The notes below the pieces were generated by a model. That model was not told the DNA's origin and did no database searches. It saw only the letters and a program-made list of their open reading frames with translations. The position numbers and the translations under genes were made by a program. Shown one piece after another: positions 1 to 9,948 of a stretch of DNA of 64,000 bases. Source of the stretch: Ferrovibrio sp. (GTDB taxonomy: Bacteria; Pseudomonadota; Alphaproteobacteria; Ferrovibrionales; Ferrovibrionaceae); the NCBI RefSeq assembly GCF_019636075.1, contig NZ_JAHBYG010000019.1, forward strand, positions 2,494 through 66,493, given 5' to 3'. Position 1 is the first letter of the stretch. Every line of letters begins with the position of its first letter.

Positions 1-1050
1 GGCCAAAGCCTGCATCACGCTGGACAATTCGCCGGTCACGCTTTGCAGGCGGCTGATCAACGCATTCAGTTGCTGCGACACGGTGAGCAGGAAGCCTTCC
101 TTGCCGGCCTCGTCGATACGGCGATTGAGTTCGCCGCGCGATACCGATTGCGCCAATTCGGCGATCTGCGCGGCGGCAACGGCCTCGCGCGCCTCGCGTT
201 CCGCACGCAGCCTGTCGGCTTCGCTGCGCATGGCATCGGCTTCCGCCTGCAGGCGATCGGCTTCGCGCCCGGCGCCGCGCAGCACTTCCACCGAACGGGC
301 GATGGCGCCGATCTCGTCGCGCTTCCCGGTATGCGGCACCTCGATGCTCCAGTCGCGCTCGGCCAGTTTCAGCACCGCCTGCGATATCTGCCGCAACGGA
401 TTGGCCACCGAACGCGCCAGCAGATAGCCGAACAGCACCAGCAGCAGGCCGTTCAACCCCACCACGATGGCCGATTGCTTCAGCGATTGGGTGAACTCGG
501 CCTGCAGATCGTCCAGATAAAGCCCGGTGCCGACGATCCAGCCCCAGCCGGCATGGCCTTTCACGAAGGAGATTTTCGGCACCGGCTTGTCATGCCCGGC
601 CTTGGGCCAGAAATAATCCACATAGCCTTCGCCGCTGCGCTTCACGATATTGGCGAATTCCACGAACAGCTTCTTGCCGTTGGGATCGGCATAATCGCTC
701 AGGTTCTTACCCACCAGTTGCGGCGCGAAGGGATGCATCAGCAGCACCGGGGCCTGATCGTTCACCCAGAAATATTCGTTGCCGCTGTAGCGCAGGGTCT
801 GCAATTGCGCCAAGGCCCGCTGCTTGGCCTCGGCCTCGGGCAGCGCACCGGACCGCGCCTGGGTGGCATAGCTGTCGATCACGCCATGGGCCACATTCAC
901 CAGATTGCGCAATTCGATGCGACGCTGTTCAACCTGCGCGTCGCGCTGATCGAATTCATCCAACAGCATCTGCGCCAACAGGCTGATCACCGCCACGCCG
1001 ATGATCGCCATGATCCGTGTCAGCACCGATACGCTCAATCCGCCCTGCAT
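1..1050 (-). CDS. Methyl-accepting chemotaxis protein (TM-Cache-TM-HAMP), runs off left edge
   Basis: Hand translation of the minus strand (not in the ORF track): MQGGLSVSVLTRIMAIIGVAV...RYSGNEYFWVND...MHPFAPQLVGKN...GYVDYFWPK...GWIVGTGLYLDD (Cache_2-like), a second TM, then a HAMP-like PLRQISQAV...RDEIGAIA. An alternative in-frame ATG lies at 1068. Confidence 0.85.
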   Translation of the reverse strand, partial: MQGGLSVSVLTRIMAIIGVAVISLLAQMLLDEFDQRDAQVEQRRIELRNLVNVAHGVIDSYATQARSGALPEAEAKQRALAQLQTLRYSGNEYFWVNDQAPVLLMHPFAPQLVGKNLSDYADPNGKKLFVEFANIVKRSGEGYVDYFWPKAGHDKPVPKISFVKGHAGWGWIVGTGLYLDDLQAEFTQSLKQSAIVVGLNGLLLVLFGYLLARSVANPLRQISQAVLKLAERDWSIEVPHTGKRDEIGAIARSVEVLRGAGREADRLQAEADAMRSEADRLRAEREAREAVAAAQIAELAQSVSRGELNRRIDEAGKEGFLLTVSQQLNALISRLQSVTGELSSVMQALA

Positions 1051-1533
1051 TTTTTTGCCGCCCTGCATTTTTTGTTTCCCATAGCCGAACGGCCGATGAC
1101 CAGTCTGCACCCCTGATTAGGAATAGAAACAAGCCGGCGCCCCCTTGCAAGAGTCAGCCGGCACCGGACCTGGCCTGAACCTATCCCCCAGGTTGCAACC
1201 CGCATGGCCAGCCTGGATCATGGCCGGCCCATGCTGGGCCCATGCCGGGCGCATGCCGGGCGCATGCCGGGCGCATAGCCGGCCAATGGCGGGCAGCAGG
1301 CAAGCCCCGGTCCGCTCAAGCCTGGCATTTTTGTTTTTCTTGGTTTTTCAACATGGCTCAGCCGCGATTCCGGGGTTTGGTCGCGGGCCTGCCCGGGCAA
1401 AACCGGGCTTTGCCGGGCGCGGCCGACAATCGGCGGGGAAGCTTGGCGCCGCCCGGGCTTTTCGGTTACTCTGCCGCCGCTTCGTAACGTGACGCATCGT
1501 TTTGTCATTCATCCGACTTTTCCGAGGATTTCC

Positions 1534-2394
1534 ATGTCGCCTTCCACTGCCCTTCCGGCCGGCAATCTCATGCAGGGCCGCCGCGGCTTGATCATGGGCG
1601 TGGCCAACGACCGCTCGCTGGCCTGGGGCATCGCCAAGGCGGTGGCGGCGCAGGGCGCCGAACTGGCCTTCACCTATCAAGGCGACGCATTGAAAAAGCG
1701 CGTGGAACCGCTGGCCGCGCAGATCGGCGCCAAGCTGACCATGGAATGCGACGTGACCAACGCCGCCTCGATGGATGCGGTATTCGCCACGCTTGCCAAG
1801 GAATGGGGCAAGCTGGATTTCCTGGTGCATGCCATCGCCTATGCCGACAAGGAAGAGCTGAAGGGCCGCTATGTCGACACCTCGCCGGAAAATTTCGCGC
1901 TGTCGCTGAATGTGAGCTGCTATTCCTTCACCGCGCTGATGAACCGCGCCGAAAAGCTGATGAGCGAAGGCGGTTCCGCCGTGACGCTGACCTATTTCGG
2001 TGCCGAGCGCGTGATGCCGCATTACAATGTGATGGGCGTGGCGAAAGCCGCGCTGGAAGCCAGCGTGCGTTATCTCGCCGCCGATCTCGGCCCGCGCGGC
2101 ATCCGCGTGAATGCGATCTCCGCCGGCCCGATCAAGACCCTGGCCGCCAGCGGCATCGGCGATTTCCGCTATATCCTGAAATGGAACGAGCTGAACGCGC
2201 CGCTGCGCCGCAATGTCACCATCGACGAAGTGGGCGGCGCCGGCTTGTACCTGCTCAGCGATCTGGGCGGCGGCGTGACCGGCGAGACCCATCACGTGGA
2301 TAGCGGCTATCACAGCGTGGGCATGGTGGCGGTGGATCAGGCGCCGGCGGTGGCTGAATTGCTGCAAAGCCTGGGCGGCAAGAAGGCCGACTGA
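1534..2394 (+). CDS. fabI: Enoyl-ACP reductase FabI
   Basis: [49 protein letters not shown]. Confidence 0.97.
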   Translation: MSPSTALPAGNLMQGRRGLIMGVANDRSLAWGIAKAVAAQGAELAFTYQGDALKKRVEPLAAQIGAKLTMECDVTNAASMDAVFATLAKEWGKLDFLVHAIAYADKEELKGRYVDTSPENFALSLNVSCYSFTALMNRAEKLMSEGGSAVTLTYFGAERVMPHYNVMGVAKAALEASVRYLAADLGPRGIRVNAISAGPIKTLAASGIGDFRYILKWNELNAPLRRNVTIDEVGGAGLYLLSDLGGGVTGETHHVDSGYHSVGMVAVDQAPAVAELLQSLGGKKAD

Positions 2395-2399
2395 GCGCG

Positions 2400-3512
2400 A
2401 TGTCCGACAACAGCTTCGGCCGGCTCTTCCGCGTCACCACCTGGGGCGAGAGCCACGGTCCCGCGCTGGGCTGCGTGATCGACGGCGTGCCGCCGCTGGT
2501 GCCGCTGAGCGAGGCCGATATTCAGCATTGGCTGGACAAGCGCAAGCCCGGCACCTCGCGCTTCGTGACGCAACGCCGAGAACCCGACCAGGTGAAGATT
2601 CTGTCGGGCGTGTTCGAAGGCAAAACCACCGGCACGCCGGTCTCGCTGTTGATCGAGAATACCGACCAGCGCAGCAAGGATTATTCCGAGATCCAGGACA
2701 AGTTCCGCCCGGGCCATGCCGATTACGCCTATTGGCGCAAATACGGCATCCGCGATTATCGCGGCGGCGGGCGGTCGTCGGCGCGCGAAACCGCCGCGCG
2801 CGTGGCGGCCGGCGCGGTGGCGCGGCAAGTGCTGCGCAGCCTGCTGGGCGATGGCGTGCAAATCCGTGGCGCACTGGTGCAGGTGGGCGAGAAACATATC
2901 GATCCGGCCAATTGGCGCTGGGACAGCGTGGAACAGAATCCGTTCTGGTGCCCCGATCCCAAAGCCGCGATGGAATGGGAAGAGTATCTCGATGCCATCC
3001 GCAAGGCCGGCTCCAGCGTGGGCGCGGTGATCGAATTGCGCGCATCCGGCATTCCCGCCGGCCTGGGCGAACCGATCTATGGCAAGCTGGATGCCGAACT
3101 CGCCGCCTCGCTGATGAGCATCAATGCCGTGAAGGGCGTGGAGATCGGCGCCGGCTTCGCCTCTGCTTCGCTCACCGGCGAAAGCAATGCCGATGAAATG
3201 CGCATCGGCGAAGATGGCTTGCCGGGTTTCACCTCCAATCAGGCCGGCGGCATATTGGGCGGCATTTCCACGGGGCAGGAAATCGTCGCGCGTTTCGCCG
3301 TGAAGCCAACCTCTTCGATTCTCAATCCGCGCGCCACCATCGACCGCTTCGGCAACCAGACCGAGATCGTCACCAAGGGCCGGCACGATCCCTGCGTCGG
3401 CCTGCGCGCCGTGCCGGTGGGCGAGGCGATGCTGGCCTGCCTGCTGGCCGACCACCTGCTGCGCCATCGCGGCCAGGTCGGGGGCTTCCGCGAAGGCTTC
3501 GATCCGCGCTAG
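2400..3512 (+). CDS. aroC: Chorismate synthase
   Basis: [29 protein letters not shown] signatures. Confidence 0.98.
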   Translation: MSDNSFGRLFRVTTWGESHGPALGCVIDGVPPLVPLSEADIQHWLDKRKPGTSRFVTQRREPDQVKILSGVFEGKTTGTPVSLLIENTDQRSKDYSEIQDKFRPGHADYAYWRKYGIRDYRGGGRSSARETAARVAAGAVARQVLRSLLGDGVQIRGALVQVGEKHIDPANWRWDSVEQNPFWCPDPKAAMEWEEYLDAIRKAGSSVGAVIELRASGIPAGLGEPIYGKLDAELAASLMSINAVKGVEIGAGFASASLTGESNADEMRIGEDGLPGFTSNQAGGILGGISTGQEIVARFAVKPTSSILNPRATIDRFGNQTEIVTKGRHDPCVGLRAVPVGEAMLACLLADHLLRHRGQVGGFREGFDPR

Positions 3513-3556
3513 GCTTGGTTTCCGCCCAGGAGGAAACCATGGGCCAGGAGGAAACC

Positions 3557-4138
3557 ATGGCCAACGACAAGATTAAGCCGCATGCGCTGAATATCCCGAT
3601 CCCGGATCGCGCCAGCCTCGATCCGGCGACGCAAGCCTATTTCGCCAAATGCGACGAGAAGCTGGGCTTCGTGCCCAATGTGCTGCTGAGCTACAGCTTC
3701 GATGAGAAGAAGCTGCGCGGCTTCACCGAGATGTATAACGAATTGATGCTGGCGCCGTCTGGCCTGAGCAAGCTGGAACGCGAGATGATCGCGGTGGCGG
3801 TGAGCAGCATCAATCATTGCTATTACTGCCTCACCGCCCATGGCGCGGCGGTGCGCCAGCTATCGGGCGATCCGAAACTGGGCGAGCAGATGGTGATGAA
3901 TTATCGCGTGGCCGATTTGACGCCCAAGATGCGCGCCGCGCTGGATTTCGCCGCCAAGCTGACCGAGAGCCCGGACAAGATCGTGGAAGCCGACCGCCAG
4001 GCTTTGCGCGATGCCGGCTGGACCGACAAGGACATCTGGGATATCGCCGCCACCGCCAGCTTTTTCAACATGTCGAACCGCATGGCCGCCGCCATTGAGA
4101 TGGCGCCCAATGCGGAATACCATGGGCAAAGCCGTTAG
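3557..4138 (+). CDS. AhpD/CMD-like peroxidase-related enzyme
   Basis: REMIAVAVSSINHCYYCLTAHG (CxxC-H). The RBS and ATG are duplicated (alternative start 3539). Confidence 0.88.
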   Translation: MANDKIKPHALNIPIPDRASLDPATQAYFAKCDEKLGFVPNVLLSYSFDEKKLRGFTEMYNELMLAPSGLSKLEREMIAVAVSSINHCYYCLTAHGAAVRQLSGDPKLGEQMVMNYRVADLTPKMRAALDFAAKLTESPDKIVEADRQALRDAGWTDKDIWDIAATASFFNMSNRMAAAIEMAPNAEYHGQSR

Positions 4139-4178
4139 GGGGCTTTCGCAACACCGTTTCTCGACAGGGAATATCGCG

Positions 4179-5411
4179 CTGGAACCGGCAGCCGATCATA
4201 TCGCCAAGCTGCATGTGATGGTGGTGGACGACATCAAGCTGATGCGCGATGTGGCCACCGCGCTGCTACAGCGTTGCGGCGTGCACCGCATCACCAGTCA
4301 TGCCGATGGCGAGTTGGCCCTGGCGGCGCTGGATAATCTTGCAACCGAGAATAATCCGGTGGATCTGATCCTGCTGGATCTCAACATGCCGGTGATGGAT
4401 GGCATCGAGGTGCTGCGCCATCTCGGCGCGCGGCGCTTTGCCGGCCAGGTGGCTTTGGTGAGCGCGGAAAACATCCGCGTGCTGCGCACCGCCGAAACCC
4501 TGGCCCGTGCCCATAACCTGGATATCGTCGGCTATGTCGAGAAACCGCTGACGGCGGAAGGCCTGAACGCCATCCTGGGCAAGACCGGGCAGAAGCGCCA
4601 GCGCGCCGAAGCGTCGGTGGACGAAGCGCCGACGGAAGCCGAATTGCTGGATGCCATTCGCGATGGCCAGATTCAGATCGCCGTGCAGCCGAAAGTGGAT
4701 ATGCGCAGCCGCACCGTGCTGGGGGTGGAGGCGCTGGCGCGCTGGCGCCATCCATTGCGCGGCACCATCATGCCCGGGCGGTTCGTGCCGGTGGCGGAAA
4801 GCGGCGCGGCGGCCGATCCGCTGTTCCATACCGTGCTGAGCCAGAGCCTGCGGGCAGCCGCGCGCTGGCGCGCCCTGGGGTTCAATCTCAAGGTGGCGGT
4901 GAATATGTCCACCGCCAATCTGGGCAGCCTGAACCTGCCCGACCGCCTGTCTCTAGCCACCCGCGAGGCCGGCCTGCCGCCCGACAGCCTGATCCTGGAA
5001 GTCACCGAAAGCCGGCTGATCGAAGATCTCGCCGCCGCGCTGGAAGTGCTCACCCGGCTGCGGCTGAAAGGGTTCGGCCTGTCGATCGACGATTTCGGCA
5101 CCGGTTATTCCTCGCTGGAGCAATTGCAGCGCATCCCCTTCGAGGAGCTGAAGATCGACCGGCAATTCGTGGTGGCGGCCGCCGATGACCAAGCTGCCCG
5201 GGCAATCATGGCCTCGTCGATCCGGCTTGCCCGCCAGCTCGGCATGAGCACCGTGGCCGAGGGCGTGGAGCGCCAGGAGGATTGGGATTGCGCCCAATTG
5301 CTGGGCTGCGACCTGGCCCAGGGCTATCTGCTGGCCGAACCGATGCCGCCGGAGCAACTGCCCAACTGGGTGGCAGCCTGGAATTCAGGCAGGAATTCCA
5401 CCGAGGCCTGA
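4179..5411 (+). CDS. Response regulator with EAL c-di-GMP phosphodiesterase domain
   Basis: REC motifs VMVVDD and LLDLNMPVMDG; EAL motifs VEALARW, DDFGTGYSSL, LKIDRQFV, AEGVE. The start is uncertain (CTG at 4179 after AGGGA assumed). Confidence 0.9.
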   Translation: MEPAADHIAKLHVMVVDDIKLMRDVATALLQRCGVHRITSHADGELALAALDNLATENNPVDLILLDLNMPVMDGIEVLRHLGARRFAGQVALVSAENIRVLRTAETLARAHNLDIVGYVEKPLTAEGLNAILGKTGQKRQRAEASVDEAPTEAELLDAIRDGQIQIAVQPKVDMRSRTVLGVEALARWRHPLRGTIMPGRFVPVAESGAAADPLFHTVLSQSLRAAARWRALGFNLKVAVNMSTANLGSLNLPDRLSLATREAGLPPDSLILEVTESRLIEDLAAALEVLTRLRLKGFGLSIDDFGTGYSSLEQLQRIPFEELKIDRQFVVAAADDQAARAIMASSIRLARQLGMSTVAEGVERQEDWDCAQLLGCDLAQGYLLAEPMPPEQLPNWVAAWNSGRNSTEA

Positions 5412-5599
5412 GCCAGGTATGCTCGCCTTGAAGTGGGATAATAGCCCGAAGTCACACCAATTACTTCGCAGTCGCACACTGAAAATCCGACTTTAATCCA
5501 GCGACTCGGCCTTATTTTCGAGCTATGTTCTCGAGTGTTGCAAAAATACCTCAATGAAAACAGCAATTTATTTCACTATTGAATCGCTGCTTTTTCCTC

Positions 5600-5628
5600 T
5601 TGCAGCGCACCATGAAATCCCATATATA
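5600..5628 (+). promoter_or_regulatory. sigma70-like promoter of the sRNA
   Basis: TTGCAG-N17-TATATA, about 7 nt upstream of the first sRNA hairpin. Confidence 0.55.
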
Positions 5629-5635
5629 TTGCATC

Positions 5636-5722
5636 GCAGCAACGCTTCCCGGCTTGCTGCATGCCCTTCTCGGGCGTTTCCTCCCTAGACTTGGGCCGCA
5701 CATCGTGCGGCCCCTTTTTTTT
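5636..5722 (+). ncRNA. mmgR/suhB (alpha-r8)-like small RNA
   Basis: Hairpin GCAGCAA/TTGCTGC, hairpin ATGCCC/GGGCGT, single-stranded TTTCCTCCCTAGACTT anti-SD core, then terminator GGGCCGCAC/GTGCGGCCC plus a T8 tract. Confidence 0.8.
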
Positions 5723-5839
5723 GCCCATACACCAGACCAGCCTGGTGCGCTTCCCACCCTCTGCGCAAGCCCAAAACTGCCTGAAAAAGCGTCTTGCCGT
5801 TTATCGCGGCAGATTGAATTCGTTTGCAAATTCAATCAA

Positions 5840-7027
5840 CTAAAGCACGTCGCGCAAAACAGCGAATAGCCGATCCACATCCGAATCGGTGTTATACAGA
5901 TGCGGCGTCACCCGCATGGCCGGGCCGCGGATGCTGACATAGACCTTGGCGGCAGCCAGCCGGGCCGGCAGGTCGGCCGGCGGCGCGCCTTTGAAACGCA
6001 GGCCGAGGAAATGCCCGGCGCGCCGATTCGGCGCCACACTGGTGAGGCCGAGTTCATCGCGGGCACGGGCAGCGATCTGTTCGGTACGGACGCGCAAGCT
6101 CGCCTGGATATTTTCCACGCCCCAATCCAGCAGCAATTCCAACGATGCCTTGGCGGCCGGCGCCAAGGCGAAATTGCTGCGTTCGCCCACATCGAAGCGG
6201 CAGGCACCGGGCTGGTATTCGGCCTGGTAATCCACCAGGCGGGAGAAATCCTCAGACCCCTTGCGGGTGATCCAGTTCTGCTCGATCGGCATTGCCTGCT
6301 GCCAGCGCGGCGCCACGTAGAGATAACCGTAGCTATAAGGCCCAAGCAGCCATTTATAGCCGCCGATGGCCAGAAAATCGGGATCGATCTTCGCCACATC
6401 GAATGGCAGCGCGCCCAGGGATTGCGTGGCATCCACGCATAAAGCTGTGCCCTGTGCGCGGCAGGCGCGGCCGATGGCTTCCAGATCCAGCAGGCCGCCA
6501 TCGGTCCAATGATTATGCGGCAGCGCGGCTATCGCCACCGCAGGCGTAAGCTGCTCCAGCACCGCTGCCGTCCAATCGTCGTCGGCCGGGCGCGGCACGG
6601 TCTTGATCCGCGCGGCTTTCTGTTCGGCCAACTGCATCCACGGATAAAGGTTGGACGGGAACTGATCGGCCAGCACCAGGATTTCCTGCCCCGGCTTGAG
6701 ACCCGGCCCCAAAGCCGAAGCCGCCTGCGCCATGCCGTAGGATACGCTGGGCACCAAAGCCACATCCTGCCCAGGCGTATCGCCCGGCGCATTGATCATG
6801 CGGCCCAGCAGAGCGCGGATCGCATCGGATTCGGTGAAGAAATCGCTCTGCGCCACGATCCAGGGCGTGGCCTTGCGCGCCATGCCCATTTCGCCCGCCG
6901 CCAATGCCGGCTTGGGCAGCGGCCCGATATAGGCGCAGTTCAGATAGGCCACATCGTCGGGAATATCGAACAGCGCCCGCTGCCCCGAAAGCAGTTTGGG
7001 ATGCGATCCGGGCCTGGCTGTTGGCAT
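5840..7027 (-). CDS. Class V PLP-dependent aminotransferase (cysteine desulfurase/kynureninase-like)
   Basis: YLNCAYIGP, VDATQSLG, GGYKWLLGP (PLP lysine), RVTPHLYN. Confidence 0.9.
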   Translation of the reverse strand: MPTARPGSHPKLLSGQRALFDIPDDVAYLNCAYIGPLPKPALAAGEMGMARKATPWIVAQSDFFTESDAIRALLGRMINAPGDTPGQDVALVPSVSYGMAQAASALGPGLKPGQEILVLADQFPSNLYPWMQLAEQKAARIKTVPRPADDDWTAAVLEQLTPAVAIAALPHNHWTDGGLLDLEAIGRACRAQGTALCVDATQSLGALPFDVAKIDPDFLAIGGYKWLLGPYSYGYLYVAPRWQQAMPIEQNWITRKGSEDFSRLVDYQAEYQPGACRFDVGERSNFALAPAAKASLELLLDWGVENIQASLRVRTEQIAARARDELGLTSVAPNRRAGHFLGLRFKGAPPADLPARLAAAKVYVSIRGPAMRVTPHLYNTDSDVDRLFAVLRDVL

Positions 7028-7382
7028 GGCTGTGGCCTTGGCTGGCAGGCCTTAAAGCCGGGTGGCCAATTCGCGGATGGTCTCGCGGCAGGAATGAGCG
7101 GTGCGCTCCAGATAATCCCGCGCCTCGGGCCGCAGGTCGCTTTGCAGCAACTGCTCGTTAATCGACGCAAGAATAGCCCGCAAGTGCCTGATACGCACCG
7201 ACATATCAATCTCCCCCACATCCTCGATCATGGGCGGAAGATTGGCCTGTCTTGGTTAATAAAGTTTATCCACAGGCGAAAATCGCTGCTGAAAAATCAG
7301 CCGCCGGTATACGGCCTATCGTTCAGACCTGGGGCCTATTCATTCAGACCCGGGGCCTATTATCATTCGGGGGGGGGGCGGA

Positions 7383-7688
7383 TCAGACGCTGATATCGGC
7401 CTTGCCGCCCATGCCGCGCTGGCGCGGACCGGGGCGGGCGGTATTGGTGCGGGCTTCGGTGGCATTGGCGCCGTTATCGGCATTCTTGCCTTTGTCGCCG
7501 CGCGTATTGGCCGAACCGCCGGAATTGCCCGAGGCATTGGCAGCCATGCGGGTATCCGTGCGCACACCGATAGCGGCCGCCTGGGTCACTGCCTGCAAGG
7601 CGGAGGGGCCCTGGCTGGATTGCGGCTGGCCCGGTGCGGTGGCAACCGTGGGCAGCAGGCCGGGAGGAACAGGTGCGATGATCGCCAT
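7383..7688 (-). CDS. Small low-complexity hypothetical protein
   Basis: 101-aa ORF filling an intergenic gap and ending RGMGGKADISV; no family recognised. Confidence 0.5.
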   Translation of the reverse strand: MAIIAPVPPGLLPTVATAPGQPQSSQGPSALQAVTQAAAIGVRTDTRMAANASGNSGGSANTRGDKGKNADNGANATEARTNTARPGPRQRGMGGKADISV

Positions 7689-7784
7689 ACCGCAAAGGTA
7701 ATCGCGATTCGCGGAATTACAAGAAAAAGGTTGCAGCCGGAGGCTTTTAGCCCAAAATGCCGGCCAAGCTTCGATCCGGTCCGC

Positions 7785-8153
7785 ATGAGCAAACCCTCCG
7801 CACCCAAGCCTGCCGCGAAATCACCCGGGATACTTAAACGCCTGGCGGGTGCGCTGTTCATTGCCGACAAGCCGCCTGCCGACAAGAAGGCTGGCGCCAA
7901 GAAGGCTGCAACTACGGAAAGCCGGCGTGATCCCCGGATCGAGCTGGCCCGGCTGATCAAGAGCATTCGCGCCAAGCTGGATCCCAACCTGCTGCGCATC
8001 GCCGAAAAGCTGGCCCGCAAGGGGCCGCCCACCACCGACCATGAACGCGCCATGCTGAGCGTGGAACTCTTCCTGGCCCAGCGCCAGGATGGCGGCCGCT
8101 TCGCCGAAAAGCTGCGCGAAAGGCTGCAACGCGAGAAGGGCACCCGGCATTAA
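7785..8153 (+). CDS. Hypothetical protein
   Basis: Host-like codon usage (gcc/aag/ctg); MSKPSAPKPAAK... Confidence 0.65.
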   Translation: MSKPSAPKPAAKSPGILKRLAGALFIADKPPADKKAGAKKAATTESRRDPRIELARLIKSIRAKLDPNLLRIAEKLARKGPPTTDHERAMLSVELFLAQRQDGGRFAEKLRERLQREKGTRH

Positions 8154-8182
8154 GGGACAGCCGGCGCGTAGATGAGGCCGCG

Positions 8183-9052
8183 TCAATGCAGACGCGGCTG
8201 GTCGTCTGATTGATTTGCCGGGTTCGCAGGCTCGGCCTGGGTTTCCGCCGCGGATTCCGCCGGGGCCGTAACCGGGGCCGCCGCCGCCGTGGCGGCATCG
8301 GTGCGGCGCAGTCTTTCATGGGCGCGGAAGCTGAACACCATCGTTGCCAGATAGGCGCTGCCCAGGGCGAACAGCGTATACCAGGGTTCGTTGAGCAACA
8401 GCGCCGCCAGCACGCCCACGCCCAGCAGCACCAGCGGCACCGCCTCGCGCTTCACCTTCACGCGCTTGAAGGAATAGGTCGGCACCCGGCTGACCATCAG
8501 GCCGCCGATCAGCAGCGCCCACAGGCCGTTCAGCCAGGGCGAATGCAGGAAGGCGCTATCCACTTCCAGGCTGAGGATCATGAACATCAGCGCCAGGCCG
8601 GCGCCGGCCGGCGAGGGGATGCCGGTGAAGAAGCTGCCGGTCCAGACCGGCTTGTTGGGATCGTCCAGCGCGGTGTTGAAGCGCGCCAGGCGCAAGGCCG
8701 TGCAGGTTGAAAAAGCCAGCACCACCAGCCAGCCGGTATTGCCGTTGCCCAGGGTATGCAGGCTCCAGAAATACAGCACCATGCCCGGCGCCACGCCGAA
8801 GCAGAGGAAATCCGACAGCGAATCCAGTTCGGCGCCGAAGCGGCTGGACCCCTTGAGCAGCCGCGCCACGCGGCCATCCAGCGAATCCAGCACCGCCGCC
8901 AGCGCTATCGCCAGGATGGCGAATTTCCATTGCTCCTGGATTGCGAAGCGGAGCGCCGTAAGGCCCGAGCAGAGCGCGAATACCGTGATGATATTCGGCG
9001 CCAGCATGTTGAGCGGCAGGCGTCCCAGCTTATGCGGCGGCTTGATCAGCAT
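8183..9052 (-). CDS. pssA: CDP-diacylglycerol--serine O-phosphatidyltransferase
   Basis: LDSLDGRVARLL..FGAELDSLSDFLCFGVAP CDP-alcohol phosphotransferase motif; adjacent to psd. Confidence 0.95.
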   Translation of the reverse strand: MLIKPPHKLGRLPLNMLAPNIITVFALCSGLTALRFAIQEQWKFAILAIALAAVLDSLDGRVARLLKGSSRFGAELDSLSDFLCFGVAPGMVLYFWSLHTLGNGNTGWLVVLAFSTCTALRLARFNTALDDPNKPVWTGSFFTGIPSPAGAGLALMFMILSLEVDSAFLHSPWLNGLWALLIGGLMVSRVPTYSFKRVKVKREAVPLVLLGVGVLAALLLNEPWYTLFALGSAYLATMVFSFRAHERLRRTDAATAAAAPVTAPAESAAETQAEPANPANQSDDQPRLH

Positions 9053-9074
9053 GGCAGGCTCCCGCCTCCTGGCC

Positions 9075-9797
9075 TCAGCGCACAGCGCCTTCGCGCTGCA
9101 CCTCTTCATCATCCTGCACGGCGATGACGGTTTCGCCGCCCACCGTGCTCTGGCCGGTCACCACCAGCGGCACCATGCCATCATCCAGATACACATCCAC
9201 GCGGCTGCCGAAACGGATCAGGCCGAAGCGTTCGCCGGCCAGCAGCTTTTGGCCTTCGCGCGCTTCGCACAGGATGCGCCGCGCCACCAGGCCGGCAATC
9301 TGCACCACCGCCAGCTCCTTGCCATCGGCCAGCTTCAGCCGCATGGATTGCCGCTCGTTATCCGAGGATGCCTTATCCAGCGAGGCATTGAGGAACTTGC
9401 CCGGGCGATAAGCCAGGCCCACCACTTCGGCATCGACCGGCGAGCGATTCACATGCACGTTGAACACATTCATGAAGATCGAGATGCGCAGCCGCGCATC
9501 CATGCCCATGCCGAGTTCTTCCGGCGGCACGGCGCGTTCGATCATCTGCACCACGCCATCGGCCGGCGCGATGATGATGGCGCCGCGCGACGGATCGGTG
9601 CCGTCCGGCAGCTTGCGCACGGGCGTGACACGCGGCGGATCGCGGAAGAAATAGGCGCACCAGGCGGTGAGCACCACGCCAACCCAACCCAGCGGCGTGG
9701 CGATCCAGAACAGGATCAGCGTCGCCAGCGCGAACAGGGCAATGAACTTCCAGCCCTCGCGGTGGATCGGCACCAGTACTGAACGGATCGTGTCCAT
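9075..9797 (-). CDS. psd: Phosphatidylserine decarboxylase
   Basis: [33 protein letters not shown] (self-cleavage GS). Confidence 0.96.
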   Translation of the reverse strand: MDTIRSVLVPIHREGWKFIALFALATLILFWIATPLGWVGVVLTAWCAYFFRDPPRVTPVRKLPDGTDPSRGAIIIAPADGVVQMIERAVPPEELGMGMDARLRISIFMNVFNVHVNRSPVDAEVVGLAYRPGKFLNASLDKASSDNERQSMRLKLADGKELAVVQIAGLVARRILCEAREGQKLLAGERFGLIRFGSRVDVYLDDGMVPLVVTGQSTVGGETVIAVQDDEEVQREGAVR

Positions 9798-9948
9798 CGA
9801 AAACCTTCCTGCATAGAATAACGGGCCTGTTTACGAACGGACCCGATTAGAGAATGGGGCCGGCTCATAAACGGCGGCTTTCCACCTGTATTCCACCATT
9901 CTAGCTTGTCTGGTGGGGCAGGGTAAGGCCTCCCATGGCCGGCGGTTT

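Noticed and set aside
43-1116. 357-aa plus-strand ORF
   Set aside because: Antisense shadow of the chemoreceptor, which the track missed because it runs off the edge
7266-7274. Perfect DnaA box TTATCCACA as an origin
   Set aside because: Single copy, with no box cluster or origin-associated genes
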